Assembly (NCBI GenBank): GCA_905178155.1
Contig: CAJINV010000011.1
Span: 2,178,025-2,242,024, forward strand
Direction of reading: 5' to 3'
Origin: Amoebophrya sp. A120
Lineage: Eukaryota > Protista > Dinoflagellata
DNA: 64,000 bases
Under the pieces are notes generated by a model. It was not told the origin of the DNA. It ran no database searches and worked only from the letters and a program-made list of their open reading frames with translations. Below, in pieces: positions 1-13,004 of this stretch (within the stretch, counting starts at the first letter, position 1; every line of letters starts with the position of its first letter). A program made the translations under genes and the position numbers.

Positions 1-3000
1 CGGGACTTCCACACCGGTCGGAAAGTCCACTTCATCGACAGTACCTCCGGGGAAAGGGTCCCGCTGAAAGACGCGCTCATGAGGCCAACAGAGGACTTTG
101 TTCGGAAGTACCTGGAGGGCCGCGGGGGAGATGAAGTTGCCGGCGTGCTGGAAAACGGAGCGGAAAGTTCTGGTAAGCGAGGCGTTGGTGACCACGAAGA
201 AGACAATTTGTACCAGCGAAGTAGCAACACCCGGCAGAACATCGCGAAGGCGGCGAGCACGCGGCTGTTTTCGAACGAGACTACTGGAGGTTCTTTTGCT
301 GTGCAGCACTTGTCGTTCAACAACGTAGAACCAGCACCAGCAGGGGAACATCAAGCTTCTGCTTTCGCAAAGTCCCCGCCACCGAAGAGGCCATTTCTTG
401 CAGCTGCTAATATCGGCGGCAACGGATCCTCGACCATCTCTCAGGCTGGCCTGCCCATCCCGTCGGGCGCCGCGGGCCTGCCGGTCCCCGGGGGATCCTC
501 GTGTTCCTTCCGGAACGGGTTGCCGGACACGAGTGGCTCCAGTCCCGATTTGCCGAGGGAGCCCAGTCACGGAACGACCGTGGTGCATCTGCCGGCCGCG
601 ACCTCGAGTAGTCTCGTGCGGCCAGCGGGGATCGACATGACGCAGTCGTCTCCGCCCGAGAGGATGGTGGAGCCGGGCGGTGGGGCGAGTATGAGTAGCA
701 ACGGGGACTGTTTCCGAATTTTGCGGAAGCAGCCGGGCTTTAGCGGGGATCATGCGACGAGTCCTTCTCTAGCTGTGTTTAGTACTAACAATAAGTACGC
801 AAGTGTTGAGACGAGTGGTGCGGTGAATGGTCCTCTTCCAATCGCAGGAGCTGCGACGGAGTCTAATGATACTAGCGGCAACCTCCACGCAGCGTCCTCG
901 TCGAGTCTGGGTCGGCAACCTCCATCGGGAGGTGCGGAGCAAAGCAGAAGGGTTCCTCCGAGCGATTCGCTGGGCATCCTTTCGCGGCCAGGAGCGGCAC
1001 TGCTTGGTGGAACCACGGCAAATTCCACCTCTGCTCTCGTGCCCATTGGAAGTACTATGAGAGAAGGAGATCCTAGCGCAGCGGTGGCTGGTGATGATCC
1101 ACCAGGACCCGGGGCAGACCAAGGCAGTGCCGGCGCAGACCAGATAGTAGCGGCAGAACCGTTATCAGGGTCGATTGGCAGTCGAGAAATAAAGCAGCCG
1201 TCAGGAGGTGACGTGGAAATGAATCTTCGTGCAGCTTCTAGCAGTTCAACATCTGTGAACAATAATTTTTACACCGGACTGCCCTCGCTGTCGCTTCCCA
1301 ATGCTAATGGAAGTGGTGCAGGTGCGAGAGTTCTTCCCGGGCAGCTGCTGGCACCGCTAAGTGGCGGGTCGGTAGCCTCGTCCTCCTCCAAGCCGCCCCT
1401 CGCCCCGCCAAACACAGCCGATCGAATGCCCTCCTCCGCTCTGGACGAAGTGTTGCACGAGCGGCCGCGGCGGATGTCCTCACTGCAACCAGTGGTCGCC
1501 GGCAACAACACGTCCGGCGCCTCCAGCAGCAGTGCGCCACTGGTAGCCGCGCGGTCGGCCTCCTACTCGCCCACGAGCCGGCGGAACCGGACGGACGCGG
1601 ACACGAACAAGGAGGGCACCGCCTTTGACGCCCACGCGTTCCAACGAGGCTCCTCCCCGCCGCGACGGGCGCACGGCGAGCAGAACCAGGACGACGGGGT
1701 GCCCAATCAGCAGCCCACGACGGTCAACGAAAGCACGGACTTACCGCGTTCCGCGCACCTGCAGCGGACCAACATCGACCCCAACGACCCGAAGTATAAG
1801 GAAGCGTTCTTCGCCGGCGCTGTGTCAACCGGGGGCTGGGTGCCCGTCATCTACGAGGGCGCAGCGGCAAAGCTGCAGGGGGTACGGATTTGTATGTTCA
1901 TTTCAACATTGTTATTTTAACCGACTGCTTAAGCGACCAATTTGAATTTCAATTTGGTGGAGTGAGATGAAGTTGTGTCCTGTTTTGCTACCATAAATAA
2001 GGAGGCTGCAGTATCTATTCTTTCTTCATCTTCCGCAAAAATCAACCTTCAAACTAACTGCAGGCTCCCGAGCAGAAGCAGATCCAGGGCCCCATCGTCG
2101 TTCGTCGACCTGGGTCTCGTGCCCTTCCGACCGAAGAGGAGGCAGGAGAGGGAGCGCAGAACAAACTGTTACCAAGCAGTGGGATTATCAAGACGGAAAC
2201 AGCTACCTCCTCAACCGCGAATAACAGGGACAACAAGCGCGTGCGATTTTCCGAAATCTCCGACATTCGCGAGTTGGACAGCCACGAACTTCCAGACTTT
2301 TCCATCGAGGGCGAGCCCCTGGTACTTGTGCACAATAACAGCAACGGTTGTCGTGACACCAACTTTTCGAACCTTTCCGCGATCCCGCACCGGCGGTCTT
2401 CGGCCGCTCCGGATCAACATGCAAATCCAACAGCGTACGGAAACTGCAACCCGGTACCTGGCCTACCGGTCGGGACGTACTGGAAACAGAAGGAGGGTTA
2501 TCGTAAGGAAAAATCCCCCCTCCCCATATCAAAAGGAAGTTTCTGATGCTGGATTTGCGTACACAAATCAGATCTGTCTTGCAGAAAGTGCTTGGCGGCC
2601 GCATTTTCTAAGCCTGTTTGGATATGCAGAAGGCTAGCAATTAGGCATGACAAACAGGTTTGCAGTAGTCAAAAGCGCATGACAGACTGTCTGCGGAATG
2701 CGCCACATTGCTCCCATTACCGTATAGGCAAGACAGAGGGTATTTGTGGCCACAAATCAGCATCACAAATTTCCTTTTCGATATGGGGAGGTGGGATTTT
2801 TACTTTTGATAAGGGCAGAGACACCATCCACCGGTTTGTCGGGTCCAACGTCGGCGCGTCGGAGGACATCAACGGAACGTACCCGGATAACGGGGACGTC
2901 TACCGGGACCGGATTTTCAACCCGAATTATCTCCCCCTGCCCTTCCGCGCGAGCTCGAAGAACGCGAGCACAAACTTCGCGCTAGTATCCGCCGGGCGGA

Positions 3001-3645
3001 AGATCAAGATACCCCGCGGCGCGGTGCGCGACCGGCTCTCCACGCAGATCCGACACGACCACCGGGAGAAGGTGCTGAAGAGCCGCCGAAATCGGCTGGA
3101 CTCGGGCAGCGACAGCGAGCCTGCACAACAAGAACATCCGATGGACAGCAACAACCGGCGGCCGCGCATGAGTGACGTGCCCTGGATCCGCACGCCCCCG
3201 CATGATAAGGCCTACACCTGGGAGGAGGGCGACTGGCTCCAGACGCCGGAGGGAAAGAAGCCACCGGAAAAACCGGCTGACCAGGCGAAGTGGCTCGACA
3301 AACCGCCCAGGGCGGCGAGAAGGTACTTATGCTATGCAATTAATTGAATCGTCTTCGTCTTTTGTCGGCATCCATGAGGGTATGATTTCGATTTGCAACT
3401 TCATCGAGAGGAGATTCTGGTCGATTTACTTTCGTTTGCACTGTGTACTAAAATCCTTCCTGCGCGTACCACAGGCACCTCGCGGAGGCAGACGAGCTCG
3501 ATTTTGAGTACGAGTACTTCGTCACACTAGCGTACACGAAGCCGGGCGATCCACAGCCCGTGCCGCACGCGTCGGTTCTGGCGGATAGCTTCCAGAGCTG
3601 TATCGACGTGTCGTCGTCCCATGTGCACCATCAGCAGTCTTTTGC

Positions 3646-3676
<31 letters not shown>

Positions 3677-6600
3677 GCGCAAAACCAATCGGAGCGGCCG
3701 CCCCCGTTCGAAATGAATAACCAGCAGATTGTTCCCACGCCGCCAAGTATGGCGCCCTCGGACCCGAGAAACAACGCGATGATTATGTCAGCGTACATAT
3801 CCTGAGTAAAAACGTACCCACACCAGAGTCAGGATGGGGATTTTGCAACACAAACCTAGGAGTTTTTAGAGTCACGCATGACAAATTTCAGTTCGTACTG
3901 TAGTGCAGATTAGCGTGGACAGCCGCATTACAAATCCATCTGCTTATCCTGTTTACAGCATTGCAAATTTTGGAACACGATGGGAAATGCCTACCATGTG
4001 TATGCGCATCACAAATGTTCCTGTCATTGGAAATCAGCATTGCAACTCTGGGGTGGGGACGTTTTTACACAGGATAGTACAGCGACCGGTCCGCCTCCGC
4101 TGCGGTCCTCAGCGGTAAGATCAGTCCGGTACGGAGTCTGGCGGACCGGGAGCGCGACGAAGCCGAGAAGGAGCAAAATAACAGTCAACATCAAAACGCG
4201 AGTCAGGACCAGCAACAGCAAGATGAAAATCAGCAGTCCTCTAGAGGTACAGATCTCCACGACCAAAGCAGCAACATGCAGCAACGGAGTAGGAACGAGG
4301 ACGAAAGCGCGGCTTTTCATTCGATCGTGGAAGACCGTTCTTCGTTCCTCCGGATCAGCGAGGGGGAGCACAGGCCGAAAATTTCTCCGCCGACCTTTGG
4401 CATCGCAGGCGTGACCGCCGCGGAACTCCGGGCAAAGGAAGTGTCCTTTGGTGGGGACCATCAGGGGGCCTTCGACCCGCACCCGGGGAACAATTTGAAT
4501 GGGGTATTGGTTTAGTTTCTAAGTTGTACTTATCTCCTACGATGTGTTTCAGTAGATTCGAAGAATGGTCAATATTACGAGTAGACGCACGAGGAAGAAA
4601 TAGTGGCTGCATTTGTTCAGTAAGTCGCTGAAATAATAAATCTATCCCTGGAATCCCGTTTTTATTGTGTAATGGATTCTGTGTCGAATTCGTCATCTAT
4701 CATGATGCTACTTCAAATCTTCAACAAATACAAAACAGCACACGCCACAGTTTGGCGCGCAGCATCCGACGCCGCAATTTGGCGGTCTGGTTCCCCGCGG
4801 TGGCCTGTTTGACCGCGAACACGAGCATTCGCCCGGCCCCAGCTTCGTACCGTCCCCGCGTGGGGGCCGGCTGCCCCACGTGACCTCGCCCGTGTTCGTG
4901 CCCAGTCCAAAGGGAGCGGACGGGGCGCGGGGACGGGACGCGGAAAATCGGGTAAGAAAGTTTTTTTACTTGTAGCGTGCTTATTGGGTTTAGGTTTTCT
5001 TGTTGTTACGTGATAAAGTGTAACAAGGTGAAACAACCTTCGCAATGTCAAAAAATCGCAAAAATATCTATCATGCCCTACAGGTTTTCACTCCTGAAGA
5101 TCCGCGTGGTAGTTTCCCAGCACATCAGGCGCTGGATCCGGAAGCGCAGCGACGCCTTGACGCGATCCAGGATATTCTAGTGTCCAAGGGGCACGACGCA
5201 GAAGCCGCGCTGCCGCTGGCCAAGGAGCTGTTATCCGTGCTGAGATCGGAGGAAGAGGTCACGATTGAGAACCTGCAGGAAGCGGAGAGACGACTGCAGG
5301 AAGCGGCAGAGTACGATTCAAATAGATACAACTTTACAATGAGCTTACTGTTTGTGTAATGGATACTGTCTTCCTCTTCCGAGTTGTATGCCGAACAAAA
5401 AGAAAAATATGATCCAAAAAAAAAAGAAAGTCTATGAAGCACCAACATCCCGGTTGTACCACCTACAGCATTTTCACAGGCTTCGCAAGATCGCGGATTT
5501 TGCCTATCCGGTGATGACTTTGTCTGAGGAGCGAGACTTCCAAAAGCGCACGGAATCCAGGATTCGGGCCGCTGACTTGAATTACATGACCGAGGATCAG
5601 GTCGACATGCTGTTGTGGCAAATGTGCGTGCAGGAGGAAGTGCGCCGGTTGGACCGCCTCGGCGCGCAGCCCGGCGGGCCGGAGGGCGTGGCCGCAATGG
5701 CGGAGTACAATTAGATACACGCTGGCTAAAAGTTTTTCTTGATTTCGATATTTCTAAGATTTCACATCTGTTGCTTTCTCAGCGGCCAGTTTTGTCATAC
5801 TTATGCAGGTGCTGCTTCTTGCTACATGAATTCCATGGCAAAATAAATGATTTTCAAACCACCAAACTCTGACGTGACTCTCACAGCGCCCTGGACGAAA
5901 TGATCTCCATGTCGTTCGACCACTTCCAGGAGGAGGACGGTGATAGTAATTCGTTGCAGCTCGGAAAGCAAAGGCCGGCGAAGACCCGCGAGCAGATGCT
6001 GAAAGAGGCCCAGAGTCTGCAGCAGTCCGCTGTTAACATCGAGAGGGAGACCGAGTTTTGGCGCAAGGGCAAGGCAGACACGTCGAAGCACCGACTGCCG
6101 CCGTCGATTCTGGAGGACATGCGGAGGGTGGTGGCGGAAAACCTGGACACGCGGAATGTGGTATGCTATTTAAAAGCGTTCCCACCCCATAGTTGTCATG
6201 CAGATTTGCATCGACAGAAAAATCTGTAATGCACATCCGCAAGAGAGGAATTTGTAGTCGCGTTTTGGGATTTGTAATGCTGTAAACAGGATGAGCAGGC
6301 GTCTTTGTGATGCGGCTGTCCTTACTAAACAGCACTACACTACAGATGGAAACTTGGCATGCAGAACTCCCAAAACTTGGAGATTTGTGTTGCAGATTTA
6401 CCAACTTGACTACGGGGTGGGGATGTTTTTCCTCAGGATATGTGGACATGGAGGCGCTGGTCGGGGCGGAGTCCGCGGAGGGGGAATTTTCCCTGCACCT
6501 GCTCGAGCAGTTTTGCCTCGACCACCAGCAGCTCACTGCGGAGATGGACCACGCGCAAAAGGTGCGGGAGGAGGGAATCCGCCGGTGGGAGGAGACGTTC

Positions 6601-6723
6601 GACTCGAAAAAGAGGTGGAACGCAAGAAGAAGCATCCTCGGAAGCCCGGGACCGGGGGGAGCTGCTGGGTCGGGTGGTCAGCAAGGGTCCTCGCCGCCCG
6701 GGGCGGGGAGTGCGGGGTCGTAG
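1..6723 (+). CDS. Large low-complexity hypothetical protein, 5'-partial, multi-exon (3 introners plus ~6 canonical introns)
   Basis: Frame open from base 1. ORFs 79, 2241, 2592, 3560, 4276, 5045, 5352, 5900 and 6307 join through GT-AG introns (1882-2063, 3323-3474, ~4504-4738, 4952-5083, ~5311-5479, ~5705-5886) and elements at 2499, 3798 and 6162. Poly-Gln (CAG)n at ~3646-3676. No recognisable domain. Confidence 0.7.
1882..2063 (+). other. Canonical GT-AG intron with ACTAAC branch-point-like motif
   Basis: GGG|gtacgg...aaactaactgcag|GCT; phase 0; joins ORF 79 to the frame of ORF 2241. Confidence 0.8.
2499..2811. mobile_element. Introner/MITE family C (313 bp)
   Basis: TIR tatcgtaaggaaaaatcccccctccccatatc / gatatggggaggtgggatttttacttttgata; DR AGGGT/AGGGC; removal gives QKEG-RDTIHRF. 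Confidence 0.92.
3798..4076. mobile_element. Introner/MITE family B (279 bp)
   Basis: TIR tatcctgagtaaaaacgtacccac / gtggggacgtttttacacaggata; DR GTACA; removal gives MSAY-SDRSAS in frame with ORF 4276. Confidence 0.93.
6162..6440. mobile_element. Introner/MITE family B, opposite orientation to the 3798 copy (279 bp)
   Basis: DR TGTGG; interior is reverse-complement-like to 3798-4076; removal gives TRNV-DMEALV. Confidence 0.92.
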
Positions 6724-8342
6724 ATGTATGAACAAGCGCGATTCAACATCTTCCCGCGGGTACTATCCTGTGTCTGAGATTTGTAAGCAGTGTGGGTGGT
6801 GCTTTACTCTTGTCAATAGAGGGCCGGCTCTTCGAGGTACTATAGAGGTCACGAGAACTACGTGCTCCAAAGCTGGATTTCAGGAGATTCGGAAACAAAC
6901 AGCAGACTAGCAAAAAATGTAAAGCGAAAGAGTTCACGACTTACTGAACGGTTTGCAAGACGAGCCGTGGTTTGCGAGAAAGAACGAAATAAACAAGCAA
7001 AAATCAGCAGTAGAATACTAGAGTTTTTACCCTTACATCGTATGAAAATCAAGTAGGAGTCTGTCTCAGAGGGAAACAAAGATTTTCCGTCGCGAGCGGA
7101 CCTACTGCGAATCGCAATTATCAAGTTAAACAGTTCATTACATCATAGGAGCGAGCAACTGGCTCGGCCGAAACCGAAGTATTATAATCAAGTTCTTCTT
7201 GCGCGAAAATTTTATAAACAGACTCGTTACAAGATGCATATCGAAAAGAAACCCACTGGAGGGATCCAAGCACAAACGTCGTGGCATTACCCGTAAAAAT
7301 GGACTTAGTAGAATTTTATCGAGCGAAACCGCATCAGCAGTTGTTATCAAGTTACTATAGCAGACCCGTAATATTGAAAAGAGTTGAGTTTTTACCTTTG
7401 TAGCCAATCAGAGTAGACTCGTCGTAATTGGTGAGTACTAGACCTGTTGTAATGTCATTATCGCAACAAAACGAAGCAGGAGAAGCTGCTGGACGATGAT
7501 TTCCCGTTCTTGACGTTTTCAGTTTTCTTTGCGTAGTGAAGCTACTACGTAAGCGAGGCGAATGGAAGGAAGTAAGCAGAAGAAAGAGATTTAGAAGAAG
7601 AAGGGATGATGTTCCTGAGCGCACTACTAGTGGCGCTTTGAAAATAAACATGAAGTAAAGACAGCAAGTGTTCGATGGCGGGTGCGTCGATGTGAAAAGA
7701 ACTTTCCGCTGCTACAACTACTAGAGATCCGCGTTTTCGATTTCGATCGAGCCTTTTTAGGATCAGACTTTTGCGACATGCGTTTAAGTATGATGCGGAA
7801 GATTCTGCGTGCGTGCGGCGGAAGCGGATCCCTGTTGCAATGCATTTCTTCTGCGGTTTTTTTTTTGCCACATTTTGATTTTTCCGCGTTGGATTCTTGC
7901 GGCCCTCTCTTTCCATTCAAGGCCAATAATTTTTGTAAAGAAGTTTGAAGAAAAATTAAGATTGGGAATATCTAGGTCGAACTTTTAATGAATAGTTTTC
8001 GAATCGTTTCAAAACCAAAAGAAATCTTGTGGAAACTAAATTGCGTAGCTGATTTGCAACTAAGTTCTATGTTTTTGCTTTTTTGGAAAAATTAAGCTTC
8101 AACTACAATTTCAACGCTTTATAACAATCTTTACCCCGCCTGCACTGGACATCTTTCACGGTCTCGTAACGTGAAATTGAGGTCCAATTTAATAAATCTA
8201 CGTTGTTCAACAGCATCTTTGCAAAAACCACACAAATGGTTCGTTTCTCACTAACTCTTTGCGCGGCGGCGGGTGCTGCTGTGTTGATTTCTCGAAGCAC
8301 CATTATCGCCAGTGCAAAAGACATCTCCGACCCGGCAATCAA

Positions 8343-11300
8343 ATGGGAAGGCAGGACAGCCAGCGCCGCCCGGGCGGCCCGAAGATGGGAGCAGGCATTC
8401 AGTACATTTTTGAAGGATGTAGTATTTGAAGCAGAGCCCTTGCATGTATGTCAATTGTGTGAAGCAACTATATCTATAACCAGTCTTGCAATTCGAAAAA
8501 CAAAAACAAAAATTGACTTGCAGCTCCCCCCGGACCCGCGAAAAAATCCCCCGGGGTCGCCGCACCCGCGGGAAAGAGATCCAATTCAGCAGCGCGAGAT
8601 CAAGCGCGGCCGGGGAGCAAAATCTCAGCAGCATCACCGTCTGATATGGAGGTGGACGCAGCAGGAGTACCCGCAATGGAGGTAGGGAGGAATATCACCA
8701 AAGGTAGCAAGAAATCCGTGGCTGGTGCAGCATCATCTGCGGCATCAGGGCCAGGCAGAACAAGTAAGGCAAAAGGTAAGGCTGTGTCAGCACCAGCAGC
8801 CGCGTCGCAGACCGCTGTAGCTCCTGTCTCTTCTTCACCTGTTGAGCCAGCTCTCGGCGGCATTCTGCATAACCTCCCGAACGTGAAGCAAAAACGGTAC
8901 ATCCGGCTGTGCTACCTGGACACCGAGAACACCGGCTTCGACGCCTACAAGAGGACGGCCTACAAGGGAGAACCTGGAACGCACAAACTGGCCCACGCGG
9001 TGGCCCCGGACTTCCTGCTAGAAATCGCGGTCCGGGTCGTAGAGGTGGACACGAAAACCGGAAAAGTCGTGCCGATTCAGCTCAGTAAAGCGGAAAAGGA
9101 GCTGTTCGCCCTGCACAAGGAAGCGGTCGGCCCGCAGTTCTATCAAATGCAAAAATGTCTGGGTCTGGAAACTTGTGATGCAAGTCCGTGAACAATAAGT
9201 GCTCTGTAATGCGCCGCCAAGCATGACAAGTGTTTTCGTGCTTCTGTGATGCGTATCTCGCATGAGAAACTGCGTTTTTGCATGACAGGCAAGCGGACCT
9301 CTTGGTGGCCGCGCAATACAGAGCGCAGAGTCATGCCAGAGTAGCATGACAATCTTCCAGGCCCAGACATTTTTGCATTTGATAAGTTCACAAAAGCAAC
9401 AAAACTACCCGCTGAAGTTTTGCAGACGATTTCCGAGCAGCAAGGCGGTTCTTCGTGCGGTCCATCTGGACAGAGCAACAGTTTGACGAGAACAAATAAG
9501 GCGTCCAAAGTGGCTGGTAAGAATAAATGTAGTTCAACTACAGCGTCGTCAAACGTTCCGCATAACGACGATTACTCGAAAGCGTTCCACGCATGGTTGA
9601 TGCAGCAGACCTATCACTCGTCTCCAGAAGGAGACAGCAAGAAAGCCGCTGGAAGTGGAGCAGATGATGATGACAAGCGAGGAAGATCTATCCTAATGAA
9701 AAACGTCCCCACCCCAGAGTCAAGATGGGGATTTTGCGAACACAAACCTTGAAGCTTTGGGAGCCACGCATGACAAATTGCTAGCTGTATTGTAGTGCAG
9801 TTTAGAAAGGAAAGTCGCATTACAAATCCATCTGCTTATCCTGTTTACAGCATTACAAGTTCCAAAACACGATCGGAAATGCCTATCATAGGGATGCGCA
9901 CTACAAATGCTCTTGCGCTTGCAGATCTGCGTGACAACTCTGGGATGGGGATGCTTTTACACAGGATAAGATCAACAGCCTCGTCTTTCCTTGCTGGAAT
10001 TACAACAGCCTCGAAAACAAGTAGTAGATCTTCTTCCCTCACCCGAGCAACGGGCACTTCTCCTTTGCCGGCTCCGAAGGTCGTTGTAAACCTCCCAAAT
10101 GACAGCGAGCTGTTTTCCTACCTGTCTCTCGAGGAGCCCAATCCCCAGCGCTTCACGGAGAAGTTTGGCGGGTGGGAACATTACGAGGTGGAGTCGAACG
10201 CCGCTTACGCGGTGAATCTGATCGGCTACGAGGACGACCCGGAGCGGAAAGTAAAAGACCGGGTGGGGATCCGCGGCGTGAAGGGGAAAAAGATCGATTG
10301 GGCGTACGTCGGGAAGCTGATTGAAATCTCTGATTTTATCGTCGCTCACATATCAAATGCGAAAATGTCTGGGTCTGGAAGAAAATGGATACTTGTCATG
10401 CAGTTTTTGCATTTGCGAGAAGGTGTGGAATGCTCACAGAGCATGAGAAATTCTGCGAAGGCTTTTCCATGCCTAGTCTGCATGAGAAATGCCCTCTCCA
10501 TAATGCACGAATCGGCGATCTTTTGCTCACTAAGCGACACAGATTTTTGCCTACTGCAGAATCTTCCGCATCACAAGTTGGCATCCCTCCAGACCCAGAC
10601 ATATTTGCAATGCATATCACAACGCCGACTACGACTTCCGATTCGTTGCGCGCGACTTCCCGCCGTCGGCCTTCAAACCCTGGCTGTGTTCGCAGAAGGA
10701 CATCGTGTGGGAGAATTTCGTGCCGGCGGAAAAGAAGCCGCTGTTGATCAATTTAAAAGCGGAAACTTTGTCCGCTGTCTTTGACATCGCGGCCGGGCAG
10801 CACGTATGGATTGCAAAAATGTCTGGGTCTGGAAGATTGCAACTTGTCACGCTAAATCCGAATCATGCAGAAATCTGTGTTGCATGAGTTCCAAAAGCTG
10901 TCCACTTTCGACCAAGTTTGGAGGGAGTTTCTCATGCTGCAGGATAGGCATGGTAGAGGACTCACAGACTCTGTCATGCTAGGTCCCGCATTCCAGACCT
11001 GATGGGTCATGGATAACCTGCATGACAAGCTTACACTCTTCCAGACCCAGACATATTTGCACTTGATAGCACGACGCGCTGTCCGACATTACCGCGTGCA
11101 TCCAGGTGTTGGAGAATATGGAAGCGTCAGGATCGAAATTGACAAAATCGAAAAATTTGTGATGCACAAAATCGATGTCAGTTGGAGACTCACTTTCCAA
11201 GTGCCGCATGACAAATTTCGGGAGTACCCAAATCCAGTCCGTGATGCTGTTTGGACAAAGAAGACTCCTCCTGTAATGCCACTCTGGCAGCACATTGTAT

Positions 11301-12221
11301 ACCCCTAAACAGGCTTACAATCGGCCTCATTTGCTTGCTCCCCAATACAGGCCTTCAGTGCCCTACATTTTATGCATCACAAATTTTTAGATTTTGTCGA
11401 TTTCGATCCTGACTCATCCATAGAGAAGGCGCGAGCGTTTCAGCCCCTGATCGCCACCGGGATCAACCGGATTGAAAAGCAGTGGTTCTACGAGATTGGC
11501 ACCACGGAGACGGAAGAACACCCCGCGACGCGGCAGATGATGACCTGGCGGGGGAAGTTTAAGGAGGAGGAAGCCTGGCTCGGGAAAAACAAGGACTACG
11601 GGCCCAGACCCTTTAAAGCAGTATAGCACTTATTGATTGTTCATCGTGGTCTCTCAGAAAGGTCGAAGCATGGTGCAGTGCCGTCGACTGTGGATTTGAT
11701 ATATATAGGAAAAATCAGATTTGCGTGAAGATATTCATCACGGATAGTTGCGCTTAGTTATTTTAATATCAAAGCCCCCCTCCGAAAAACGACAGGTCTT
11801 CATGCACGCGCCCGGCCCCAAACCGTGGGAGAAGGAAAAGCAGGACTGGCTGAGTGATGCGCAAAAGCATGAGTGGTTGGACAACGCGGCGGGTATCGTC
11901 AGCAAGATCGGGTTCCAAACCCGCAAGTATACCGATCCAGAGGGGGTGAAAAAGCCTTTTCTTCTCGTCACAAAATACCTCTCGAAAGAGACCGCGGAAA
12001 CAACGATGCAGCAGTTTTACTACGAATTTTACGCCAAACCCTTCTTCAAGCTTTCGGGGCGGCCGGGCCTGGGCCATTTCTACTTCGAGCCGTATTTTCC
12101 GGTGCTGAATCGACGATTGAAGGCTGGGTGCGAAGTGTTTGCGGGAGCAGGGGATTTGGCCCGCTTTGCGCAGGGCGGAGATGGTGCGGAGGCGGAGGTT
12201 GCGGCCACGATGCAGAAATAA
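8343..12221 (+). CDS. DEDDh (DnaQ/epsilon-like) 3'-5' exonuclease, ~729 aa after splicing
   Basis: ExoI YLDTENTG; ExoII DFIVAHNADYD and ExoIII QHDALSD appear only after removing elements 10351 and 10805; WLCSQKDIVW motif. Five introners, a putative GC-AG intron 8395-8523 and a GT-AG intron 11621-11795 give 2190 nt (divisible by 3). Start codon uncertain. Confidence 0.85.
9141..9384. mobile_element. Introner/MITE family A (244 bp)
   Basis: TIR tatcaaatgcaaaaatgtctgggtctggaa / ttccaggcccagacatttttgcatttgata; DR AGTTC; removal gives GPQF-TKATKL. Confidence 0.95.
9689..9968. mobile_element. Introner/MITE family B (280 bp)
   Basis: TIR tatcctaatgaaaaacgtccccacc / ggggatgcttttacacaggata; DR AGATC; removal gives KRGR-STASSF. 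Confidence 0.93.
10351..10616. mobile_element. Introner/MITE family A (266 bp), inside the ExoII motif
   Basis: DR TCACA; removal gives IVAH-NADYD. Confidence 0.95.
10805..11068. mobile_element. Introner/MITE family A (264 bp), inside the ExoIII motif
   Basis: DR GCACG; removal gives GQH-DALSD. Confidence 0.95.
11117..11422. mobile_element. Introner/MITE family D (306 bp)
   Basis: ~50-bp TIR tatggaagcgtcaggatcgaaattgacaaaatcg / attttgtcgatttcgatcctgactcatccata; DR GAGAA; removal gives QVLE-KARAF. Confidence 0.93.
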
Positions 12222-13004
12222 GTTTTGATTTACACAGATATAGATTGTTGGGTCGTGAGAAAAATAGAACTCCACAACAAACCAGGTTGTAGCTCTTGTC
12301 ATTGATTCGTATCAAAAAGGGATAAGCGGCCAACAACTACTGCTCTTTGGAAAATGTAATGTAGAGCACTATTTCATTTTGATGAATTCTTGAGTGTGCT
12401 CATTTTGTCGAGAAAAAACGGACGTTGTATTCGAAGATGCACGAGGAATAAATCTAGCGAAAATGAATACGATGATCACGACCATATGTTGCCCGAAGAA
12501 CTTTTCAAAGTAGAACCTTCACGCGAGCAAGTGTATAGTTGCACTTCTTTGATGCTGTAAGGTAAACGTCGCAAAAATTGGAATGATCGCTAATATACTG
12601 CATTCGCATGCCTATAATTTCGTTAGTAGACACGTCGTAGTCCTCCTCGTCCTAGGGATGCTGCTGTTTTTCTCTTTTCCTGTCGGATGGAGGACAAATG
12701 CAGATAAAACTGGTGACACCTCTTTGATCATGTTCCTGCTTGTCATCGTGCGGAAGTTCTAGACTGCTAATTGCGGGGTCGTGGCTGCGAATCGATGGGG
12801 GTAGCATGAGAGTTCGGACGAGTGAAAACTCGCAAAGCGAGGGATACTACGCATACAAATCCTTGCGCAGCGTCTCACTTTTCGGGAGACAGAGAGAGGG
12901 TTCCTTCTTCGATATCACAACATGCATCTGAGCACAAAGGATCGCTGAGCCGTCGCTGTGCTTGAGGGCAACAGCTATTTGTTAGTGACGATGAGAAGAT
13001 CTTC

